Source: Chrysomallon squamiferum
Lineage: Eukaryota > Animalia > Mollusca
Reading direction: 5' to 3'
Length of the DNA stretch: 64,000 bases
NCBI GenBank assembly: GCA_012295275.1
Contig: CM022679.1
Location: 20,398,001 to 20,462,000, forward strand
Below the pieces are notes generated by a model, which did no database searches, was not told the origin of the DNA, and was given only the letters and a program-made list of their open reading frames with translations. Position numbers and translations under genes: made by a program. Positions within the stretch are counted from its first letter, which is position 1; every line of letters begins with the position of its first letter. Of the stretch, positions 43,331 to 53,456 are shown in pieces.

Positions 43331-44316
43331 TGAACTTTTTAAAGTTTCAAACAATCATCTTATAAAATATATTCTTAATAACACATGGGAAAAAGTGTTG
43401 AAATTAAGCCCTTTAACTGAAAGTGTTAAAAATAACTCGGCAAATTGCCAAAAAAAACCCCACCTGGTATGAGCAAATAATTTTAGTAGTTTTAATACTA
43501 TTTATTTATTGAAATTAAATACAAGACGACTTAAAAGTGCAGACAACATTCTTAATATCAGTGATAAAATAATTTAAATAAGAATTTGTTGATTTTAATT
43601 GGGCTATTTTTGTTTTTACTGCTTATTCAGTTATTTTCTGGCAGAAGAATACAGTTTCAAGACAAAAATCCACTTATTAATGATAATTCTCTTCAAAATT
43701 ATTCTTTTTTATGATTAACATTTTAAATTTATTGTAATTTATTGTAATGTATTGTGATGTGTTGTATAAAAGGTTTCTTAGTGTTGAAGGCAAGTGCTTC
43801 ACTTGCAGATTTCATGGCTTGGCAGTCTTGTTTCACAAGGCGATGGCAATACAGTTGTTCAGAACTGACAAGCATTATTTAAAATCTACACTGCAGAATT
43901 TATGGCTAAAAGAAACTAAACCCTGATTTTGTTCTTGCCATTTAATTGATAGCTGCTTCAGTTCAGTTAAAGGTTTGATTTACTTCCCAGATGGTGTTTT
44001 ATTTCACTGAAATTTTTGTGTTAATTAACACTGGGTGTCAGAAAAGTCAAAATTCACAGGTAAAAAATCAATTTCCAGCACTTGTCAGAATGTCAGTTTT
44101 CACAATGGATGTGAATATGTAATTTTTTTTTTTTTTTTTTTTTTTTATTTTTAAAAGAAGTTGTAATTTTTTAAATAATGGAGCAATGATTTTAAAATTT
44201 CTCCTTTACTAACAGCAATGAACTTCAGTTTCTTCCAAGAAAATATTTAAACACAATCTATAAATGGGTATATATATATATATATATATATATAGCTGGG
44301 GAATTTACTTGTGATA

Positions 44317-44325
44317 CCTTTGATC
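44317..44325 (+). promoter_or_regulatory. Optimal TCF/LEF HMG-binding site CCTTTGATC (intronic)
   Basis: Exact match to the established optimal site; isolated, so function is unproven. Confidence 0.25.
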
Positions 44326-44618
44326 TTGAAATAATAATACATGAGTCTGTTATGGCAGTTACTAATTTTCAGAGGTTTCTGAGATTTAGTAGTGTTGTTG
44401 TTGTTATTTCTCACATACTGCTCTTTTTTAGAAACTAAATAGTATGCAAATACATCAAATTCAGTATTTTATTTTTTATTTATTATTTTCCATTATAAAA
44501 ATCGGATACATTATTCAGAAATAAAATTTACCTATAATTCCAAAGTTTTGTAACATTAAGAACTTTATTGTCATCATCATCATCATATTATTATATATTT
44601 AATTTTTCTTTCTAACAG

Positions 44619-44831
44619 GCATCGGCCTCCAGGGTATCCCATTTCTTCAGGTGCCTTTTCCAGTTCATACACACCTTTAATAAACTCTAGTATATCACGG
44701 TTTGGTCCTCCTGGGCTCATACCTCACCCAGGCATGCCTCCAGGGCTTCCTCCTTCCTCGGTCCTCAATCCTGGAATGAAACAAGAAGCTGGCATGGGAA
44801 TGCAGCCCAGTATGTGCCAAGACAGCCAGAG
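44619..44831 (+). CDS. Tcf: TCF exon (213 nt, phase 2 to 2): WHRPPGYPISSGAFSSSYTPLINSSISRFGPPGLIPHPGMPPGLPPSSVLNPGMKQEAGMGMQPSMCQDSQ(R)
   Basis: CTAACAG acceptor and AG|GTGAGT donor; YPI..G.F, SRF.P and PG.KQE features typical of the pre-HMG region of TCF. Confidence 0.93.
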
Positions 44832-45418
44832 GTGAGTTTATTGTGTTTCAAATGTGTGTGTGGGGAGGATATTGATTGGTCATAATGACAATCATAATTG
44901 AATTTTTTTTTATATATATAATTTAGAAGACTAATGTTAATCTGATTTTGTTTCAGTTATTGTCATTACTATGAACATTTTATAATTAAAATTTAAGTTA
45001 TTTTTTTCATACGTCTTGTGTTACAGGTTACTGGTGATAGTATCATGTTTGACACCAAAAATCTGAGTCTGTTTCCATTACCAGCCTCTCAGAAGGAATT
45101 TATAAAATGTTTTCTTATTTCCAGTGAAGCAAGTTTCCAATGACAGAAAGTCTTCAAGAAAGTGCAGACATTTAACACCTATAACCAGTGTTAATGTTAA
45201 CCAAAGTAAATTACCTACAGATCGCAGTGTATAAATGCAAATGTGTCTTAAATGTTTTATCAACTATTTTCAGTTTTTGTTTTTAATTGCTCATAATCAA
45301 TTCTATGGTAAGTATGGGCAATTTCCAGCATGCATCCCTCGGAGGACTGTTCACGACCGGTAGATTGTTCCAGTCACCAACATCTACAGCTTTGTAATAA
45401 GAAATGATTTATTTTCAG

Positions 45419-45605
45419 GCATGGTGGGTTGAATGATCAGCAGAATTACCAAACAAATCAAAATACTGAACCTGTGAAGAAAAAACCACATATAAAGAAA
45501 CCATTAAATGCTTTTATGCTGTTCATGAAAGAAATGAGGCCCATGGTCATTAAAGAATGTACACTACGAGAGTCGGCAGCTATTAACCAAATCTTAGGTC
45601 GAAGG
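45419..45605 (+). CDS. Tcf: HMG-box N-terminal exon, copy A (187 nt, phase 2 to 0): [63 protein letters not shown]
   Basis: TTTTCAG acceptor and AGG|GTATGT donor; unmistakable TCF HMG sequence. Confidence 0.96.
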
Positions 45606-46362
45606 GTATGTCCACCATGTTTGGTTGCCGAACACACAAAGTCACAACTCATGCTGCTGGGTAGTTTTTGTAACAGAAAAAAAAATTTGATTGTGCAGTT
45701 GGTTTTCAATTGTCAAAATATTAATTTTCTTCAAAAAAGTTTAAAAGAATAAGAAAGAAAAAGCAGGTGTTTTATTGTATTTCTTTGCTGGATGATGAAT
45801 TATCCATTTTGATACAGTTTTGACATTAGTCGCGGTCACATTAGTTTGAAACAGGTTTGTGTGAAGAGATAATGAAAGGTTGGAGGTTGTTTAGGACACA
45901 GCTCTTTGTTTTGTTATGTAGAGCAAGCATTTTATATCATTTTTGACATTTCTCCAAAAACCAATGCCAGTTGTGAATCTAGATTAATAAACCAATGAAA
46001 CAAGTTTTGACAAAGCACTGAACAGTTTTTAAGTTGACACTGAATCTAATTTTTCAGCTTAAATTTTGACAGAAAAGTTTAAAAAAGAAGAGTATTTATT
46101 TAGGTGTTTTGGGGGTTGTTTTTTTGGCAATATCAAATAAGTTGAAATTAATATTTCAAAAGAAACAGTATATGAAAAACAAAATTGCAAAAAGTTGAAA
46201 TTGTTCAAAATGGATAAAAGAAAATAATACCTTTTACAATTTGGCATCTAAATGAAATAATCTGACACTGAACTCCAACTGTGCAAGCAAACATCAGATT
46301 TTTCATTAACTGTTTAAAAAAGTGAACCAGTCTCGATAATGGGTCGTTTTAACTTGTTTCAG

Positions 46363-46543
46363 GTTGCGTAACTGCGATCAAGAGCTAAGTCCTAACAATA
46401 CTCAAACACCAAAGAAGAAGACACAATATATTAAAAAACCATTAAACGCATTTATGATATTCATGAAAGAAATGAGGCCTGCTGTTCTGGCCGAGTGTAA
46501 GCTTAAAGAATCGGCAGCGATTAACCAGATTTTAGGTAGAAAG
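46363..46543 (+). CDS. Tcf: HMG-box N-terminal exon, copy B (181 nt, phase 2 to 0): [61 protein letters not shown]
   Basis: TTGTTTCAG acceptor and AAG|GTAAGT donor; intact paralogue of copy A with the same phases. Confidence 0.95.
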
Positions 46544-46574
46544 GTAAGTGTTCATTTTGTTTATCTTTGCATCC

Positions 46575-46765
46575 CGTGCAAAATGAATGCAGTCCAGTGC
46601 AGAGTGAAAAACATTCTTCTGCAAAATTAAAACAGTTTTAAGAGAAATGAAAAAGTGCAGAATTAATAAACTCTTGTGCTAAATGAAAACTTTATTGCAG
46701 AATGAATGCAGTTCTTTGAAATAAGGATGCAGCTTTGTGCAAAATGAAAAAATTTTGTGCAAACT
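46575..46765. repeat. Degenerate minisatellite of about 20 bp (GTGCAAAATGAA core) just downstream of HMG exon B
   Basis: About 9-10 recurring TGCA(A/G)AAT(G/T)AA-like units. Confidence 0.75.
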
Positions 46766-47442
46766 CTAACTACTCAGCAAAAATCAGTTGGGGCTTTGTG
46801 ATGTCTGATTTTTTTTTATTGTTTGATGGCATTATTAAGTCTTAGGAAAAGGAAAAATTCATATATATATCTTTTTTTTTTTTCCCCAAATATTCTTTAT
46901 GAAGTGGAAATTTAAAAAGTGATTTAGAAAAATTTAAATATGATCTATCATGATGATATTTAAAATTGGTTTCATAGACTGGTTTTAAAGATATTTTGTG
47001 TTAGCTTATGATCCACTGTGAAAAAGTAAAAGAGTTTCTGTCCTGTATTTCAGTGACACATTTATATATGTCATTAAAACCTGTAAAATATTTTATTACA
47101 TAATGATATACTTATTCATTAAAATTTTAAACAAGTTGAAATTTGTTGCTGGTAGTTTCACATTCCACTTATTTTAATTGATAATTTTAAGTTTAAAAAA
47201 ATAAACAATTTTAAATTAAACAACTATTATTAAATGCAAAATTAAAACAACCTTTTTCAAAATTCATTTAGTTAATTATTTTCTTGTTTTTGCAAAATAA
47301 CTGTTAATGTATAATGAATAAAGCTATCTGCAAAATAAACACCTTTTCTTAGATCATTGCTGTAATTTTTTTTATTGTAACTTGCATTGGACAGAATAAT
47401 TAAAAAAAATCCTTGATAACAGTGGTGTATTGAATTTTTCAG

Positions 47443-47614
47443 TGGCATGCATTAGACAGAGCGGAACAGTCTAAATATTATGACATGGCACGAAAAGAAA
47501 AGGAATTACACTTACAGCTGTACCCGGGCTGGAGTGCCCGTGACAACTATGCCTCTCACAACAAGAAGAAAAAAAGAAAGAAAGAAAATACAAATGAACC
47601 AAGAGGCATGAATG
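47443..47614 (+). CDS. Tcf: HMG-box C-terminal exon plus basic tail (172 nt, phase 0 to 1): [57 protein letters not shown]
   Basis: TTTTTCAG acceptor and ATG|GTAGGT donor; canonical TCF motif [11 protein letters not shown] and basic NLS. Confidence 0.97.
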
Positions 47615-47718
47615 GTAGGTTTGACAGTCCATCGGAGTAAATAATGTGTGAATCAAATTAACAAAATGTATCATATTCAGAAACATGGATCACTTGAATT
47701 AAAAATGTATTTGTAAGT

Positions 47719-47845
47719 TAAATTCAAACTATCTTTGATGGAGGTTAAATTCTTTGTTTAAACTAAATTTAAACAATCTTTGTGCCAATTTAAATTTAAA
47801 CAATCTTTGTGCCAATTTAAATTGAAACAGTCTTTGTTTTAAATT
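47719..47845. repeat. 27-bp tandem repeat AAATTTAAACAATCTTTGTGCCAATTT
   Basis: Two perfect copies (47765-47791, 47792-47818) plus diverged flanking copies. Confidence 0.9.
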
Positions 47846-49263
47846 AAATTAAAAAATGTGGTTGAAATTTAAATTTAATATTCAGCAATGTATGTGAAAT
47901 TAAAAATATTCTTCTTATGTAGTTGAATTAGAAGAATGCATGTGTTATCCCATCAGATAGGTGTTTGTATTAAAAATACATCTCTTTTGTTATTTGAGAA
48001 GTTTAAATATCTTGAGACACTATGATGAATAATTGATTTTGTTTAAATATTTTGTCTTCTCTTTTGATATTATCTTTCATTTTATTTTAAATATTTTATT
48101 CATGAAGAAGTTTACTTAGTCATTAATTTATTTAATTAATAGGGTCTATGCTTACATTTCATTTGTTAGCATCAGATGAGTAGGTTAGTGTGAATTCTGT
48201 AAAACAAAATAATTTTAAATACTGGTAAAATATTGGCAATTATAATGATGATCATGCTGTTGATGATGATGATGATTATGATGACAGTGATGATGTTTTA
48301 ACACATCTTTAAGAAATAACACTTATTTGATATCAGCAAATGGATGATTTAAAACAAGTGGGGTATGGAAAAAAGTTCTTGTTTTGTCAACATGGCTTGT
48401 TTGTTTGAAAAACTAGATGAAAATTACATCATGTTGATGGATCAGAGAGAATGTTTTGTGTGTGTGGAGATAACACTTATTAACACAAACATCAGAACCA
48501 GCATCAGACTGGCAGTGTACAGAATGTCATAAGCCATTGTTCTGTGATGAATACCTTTCATTCCAGTTAAATTTAATCTTTGATTTTTGCATTCACCAAA
48601 TAGCTCTTTGAGGCATTTATAGGAAGATTTGGGGATGGAAATCAATTTTTGGCAATTTTTTTTTTTTGCTTTTCATTCAGTTTCTTTTTTTTATTTGTTA
48701 CATCTAAAAATAACACTCTGGCAAGACATTGATTTTAAGTGAAAATTATCTCACAGTTTTCTATTCGTACATGATCACTTTGAAAGTTGGGCTGTGCCAC
48801 TGTGAAAAGAAATCACTCCTATTGAAAAGTGAGCCCGAGTTGCATTAATTGCTAAAAGTAATTAAATTGGCTGGCATTAGTATTGTGGTCTTCTTTATTT
48901 TTTTATTTTTTTACTCTCCTAGTGACCTAGTTATATTTTATTGAGTAATTCCTGTTTTAATGGCTTTGTCTTCAGGGAGATATTAAAACGATTGCAGCCG
49001 CCACACACACAAAAAAAAAGAAAGAAAGAAAAATCAATTGTACAAAGGGTTTTGTTACAGACATAACATGCTCTGTAAGACATCGTCATTTCAGCTACAA
49101 CAGACCAACATTAAATACAATTCCTTAATAGGATTAGATTTGTCTGTGTCCTGTGTTTTTTTACACGTGCATTTTATTTTCTTTAGAATTGTTAATGCTG
49201 GCAAATGAAAAAAAAGAGACAAAGCCTAATAAATTATTAATGTTATTATTGTTGCTGTTGTTA

Positions 49264-49299
<36 letters not shown>

Positions 49300-49786
49300 T
49301 TATTATCATTATCATCATCATCATCATCACTTTTTTGTTTTTAATTTTTTTTATTTTTCATATTATTCATGTATGTTTATTATTTTTGTCTTTTAATATT
49401 ACCAAGAATTAACCAATCTGTACTCTTGATTTTTCCTATACATATAATGTCTACCTTTCTTAAAGCAACATTATTATTATTATTATTTTTAATCTTTTGT
49501 TTTTTTATTTATTTATTTTAATAAATTAATTTGCACACTGAACCAAACTCAAAAACTATTATAAAACTAAAACTAGAAATATGTTTAAATTGTTACTATT
49601 ACTGCAGCTATTTCTGCAGTTATTGCTACTACTACAACTACTAGTACAACTGCCACGAATACCATTACTAATACTATAACAACTGATATGTACACACACA
49701 CACACACACACATAATAAATAAACACCCATTTTTATTTTTTATTTTTGCATAAATCATTAATTTATTTATTTTTCTTTCTTTCCAG

Positions 49787-49865
49787 CAGGTGAATGTACC
49801 CAGGCAAAGAAGTGTCGTGCTAGGTATGGGATGGAGCAGCAGACTCAGTGGTGCAAGCCATGCAG
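49787..49865 (+). CDS. Tcf: C-clamp exon (79 or 76 nt, phase 1 to 2): (A)[25 protein letters not shown](R)
   Basis: Pyrimidine tract plus CAGCAG tandem acceptor (start 49787 or 49790) and CAG|GTAAAT donor; CRAR[FY]G...WCxxC signature. Confidence 0.96.
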
Positions 49866-50603
49866 GTAAATTCCTAGTTCTGTGAGTGACTTGAGTTAGA
49901 AAGTTAGTGCAGGCATCTCAAAGCTCTTCCAGGTAAAAACTTCTAACGAAGCCTTAGTAGTATAATTGATACAAACATTTATATGTGTACAATTATGTAA
50001 CTGAAATGTAATATTTTATGTTTCCAAATTGTTTAACTGAAAAAAGAAAACAAACAAAAGTGACAGAAAAATGAAAATAAAATGTTATATTCTCATTCTC
50101 AGAATTATAAAAACAAAATATCTGTCAGTATTGAATTTAAATTACCAAAAAATAAAACAATATCCTATCAGATTAAATATCTTCGAAAATTTGTACAAAT
50201 TTAATTTCATAGTGTCAGCATATTTTTCCAGATACTATTTGTAAACAGAATAAAAACAAAACAAAATAATTATTGCTTAGTTAAACTTTAATAATTTAAA
50301 ATTATTTTGAAACAAATGTTATTACAATAGGATGTTTTTTAACTATATCAGAACTATTTGTTAGAACATAACAAATAATTTCAAGTTGTACATCATTAAT
50401 TTTGACAAAGAGAGCTTTGACATTCCTGTTACTAAACCTTCTAAAGTGAGTCACTTGTTGATAAGATTTTGAGTTGACTAAAGAACACAAAACTCAGTGC
50501 CAGTTGTGAGTACTCTAGCATCAGGTGAGCATTAAAAAATGCTTAACTCGTGACGTATTCTGTTTTCTTTTCAACATCTACTGAAAACTTGTTCTCTTTG
50601 CAG

Positions 50604-50700
50604 AACGCTTGCCCTCACTGGGCCTGGAACTAACAAATTGCTCTTGATTCTGATACCCGCCCATTATGTAAATTACACAGTCCCATCCCTCCTCCTGTAG
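50604..50700 (+). CDS. Tcf: Candidate alternative terminal exon (RTLALTGPG...PSLLL* after the C-clamp exon, or ERLPSLGLELTNCS* after the HMG exon)
   Basis: TTCTCTTTGCAG acceptor at 50603 and a GC-richer patch; an upstream CAG|GTGAGC donor at 50525 would define a 79-nt intron. Confidence 0.35.
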
Positions 50701-51168
50701 ATGAGGGTGATGGGTGGACTGATATTGTTTCCTTCTCAATTTGGATCTTACTGTTGAAAGTCAACCAAACATAATCAAGTCTATGTGCTATTTTTATTTC
50801 TTATTATTTTTTTACTTTTTTATTTTTATTTTTTAATGTGTTTTTTTTGTGTTCTTCTTTCAAATAATGATAGGTTTGTGAAAATTATCCCGATATCTGG
50901 CAGCGCGCTTTTTTTTTTGCTTTTAAAAAAAAAAAATCTTAAAAGTGACCAACATAGCAAAGTGGAAAACATTGAAAACATCCCTCAGCCAGATTTTTTT
51001 TTTTTTTTTTTTTGTTATCATTGTTATTTTTGCCCAACATGGCATTGTGGAGAAAAGACAAAACATCCGTCCAGCAGGTTTTTCTTTTGTTATTCTCTCA
51101 AAATGGCCCACACCAACCTGGCTATGCAAGAACAGTTATTTCTGCAATGGCCTCTTATCTCTTTTCAG

Positions 51169-51250
51169 ATCACTGCATGAGTCAAAGTGTCAACTTGCAG
51201 AGACTTCTGCTGATTTAGAAACGAAAAACACCACCAACTTATGATAGTAA
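51169..51250 (+). CDS. Tcf: Candidate alternative stop-containing exon (RSLHESKCQLAETSADLETKNTTNL***)
   Basis: CTCTTATCTCTTTTCAG acceptor. In the C-clamp frame it ends TGA TAG TAA, with donor-like GTAAGG (51247) and AAG|GTATCT (51252). Confidence 0.4.
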
Positions 51251-52452
51251 GGTATCTTTCAACAAGCATGCTAATGAAACCAAAAATTAAAAAACAACAA
51301 CAACAAAACATGCAACTTGTCCAGATGCTTGTATATGACCTGGCTTTTGTTGCATGCACTTTGCCTTCTGGTTTGGGACTGTTCCAGGGGAATTACTGCG
51401 TGGGGATAACATCCATTATTCAACTGCTTGATGTACTCCGCTTGTCAACTCTGGCTCCCTGCTTTGTACAGCCTAACTGCTTTGTGTTGTAGATGCTTTA
51501 TATATATATATATATATCATAGCTTGTTTTTATTTTTTATTTTATATCTTACATTGCCTGGCATGCTTTTTACCTTAACTCCATGGTTTACATATTAGAT
51601 CACTATTGATTGATTACAATTCCGTTTCCTTTGATTTATGATTTGCCCTTCTTTGCTGGTATTAAGACTTTGCCCATCTACTGGCAGTTTGAAAAAGCTC
51701 ACAGAATTTGTGTCTTTATAAGAAAATGATTGAATCACTGACAGTTTTATATACCCTGAGAACAGTCTATATTCAAAATTGGTATTTTAAAACATCCAAA
51801 CAGGAGAAAGAACAAAAGAAGAAAAAAAAAAAAAGAAAATCGAAAAAGATAAATATAGTGTTTGGTTATCATTTTGCATTGCATGATGAATGAGTTGGTG
51901 TCTGTGTAATGTTCTGGTGTTTGCTGTTGTCAGCTGGTTTTTGCAGTCAGTGCTTGATATGTGTTGTTGTTAATAGCTGCAGTTTTTTACAAAACCTTGT
52001 TACATCTGCATGAAAAACAGTATATTGTATAATTTTATTTATACCCCAACCTTTTGCTTCTTATCCTTCAGCCTGAAAACAAGAGAAGAGATTTGGTTTG
52101 TACCAGATTAAGCATTTCACGGATCATTGATGTAGATTTACTTTATTGCAGATTTTTGTCATCACACCCTTGTACATACAGCGATTCATCCTGAATGATC
52201 CAAATCTATTTATACTTTCATTTTGTGCTCTCCTATCCTACTCATTTGCCTGTAGTGTTTGTGTGACTTACTTTTGTGTGCTAATGTTTCAGCTTGCTTG
52301 CTTATGTTATTCAGTGTTGTATTATACAAGCATGTCACTATAAACTGAAGTGCATGTATTCATATGTAATTTAATTTTTTAATTTTATTTCAGAAGCATG
52401 CATATAAAAATATATATAATCACACTTATTGTTGTTGTTTTTTGTTATTATT

Positions 52453-52487
<35 letters not shown>

Positions 52488-53065
52488 TACAGTAGTGAAT
52501 TTAAAATGTAAATCAAGAAATATAAAATCCACCATTGAAAAATTAACCTTTTTTTTTTCCTTTGTTTATTTTATGTTTTTATTTAGTTATTTTGCAGCTG
52601 TTTAGATAACACTTGAAAACTAACCAATTGCATAACTTAGATATAGATTTTTCGTTTTGTTTTTAATCATATATATATCTTTAAACTAAAAGGCTTAGCT
52701 GCTTGCATATGGATGTTTTTAATGTTATCTCATGATGTTTTATTATACAAGTTATATTAATAGGCAAAGTCTGATAGTCTGTGCTATTCAGCAAGTATGT
52801 TATAACAGGCACCTGTAAAGTTGCTATTTTAAAGTATGTGATGGTTGTAATATCATTTAATATGACTTGTGTAATTATTTATACAATGTTAATTTGTTAT
52901 CATGATTCTGAGCTAGAACATTTTAATTACATTTTATGCTACACGTCAACAAAAAAATAAAATAAAAATAATAATAATAACATCCTTTAAGTTATTAATG
53001 TATGCTTCCTATATGTATTTATTTATTTACTTATTTATTTATTTATTTATTTAAACTCTGTCCAG

Positions 53066-53456
53066 AAGGAAGAAAAAATGTGTTCGCTATAAAAGAGGAG
53101 AAGATGCTACGGGTAGTACAGATGGGGAAGACATGGATGATGATGATGACGATGATGACGACGTATGTAGTGATTCACTGCGGTCGGGAATGGACAGTGA
53201 TTCCGCGGCCGGCAGTCCACTACCCACATCTCATGGCGAGAGTTTTCATATCAACTCGGACAATTGCCAAGAATCACGACTCCACTCCTCCCCATTTCTC
53301 ACCCACCAGAAGGATGAACTGTCACACAACATGGACAAAATCCTCGACTTTCACGAGGGCAGCAAACTGTTCATGGAGCTGCCGCGGCACATGTCATCCA
53401 AGCCAACAGTGCCTAATAATTGTTCTCAATCCAATGTTCAGCAGATCTCTATATAG
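53066..53456 (+). CDS. Tcf: Last coding exon: RRKKKCVRYKRGEDATGSTDGEDMDDDDDDDDDVCSDS...NVQQISI*
   Basis: CTCTGTCCAG acceptor; completes the C-clamp (RRKKKC) in phase 2; TAG at 53454-53456; GC-rich coding-like composition. Confidence 0.95.

Noticed and set aside
45274-45313. ATG|GTAAGT as a coding exon feeding HMG exon A
   Set aside because: The ATG frame stops within seven codons in exon A, and the correct frame has an upstream TAA.
45419-46543. Two separate TCF genes, or one protein with two HMG boxes
   Set aside because: Only one C-terminal HMG exon exists, and joining A to B gives a stop after two codons.
46363-46543. Exon B as a pseudo-exon
   Set aside because: Intact frame, consensus splice sites, and mostly synonymous or conservative changes in the HMG part.
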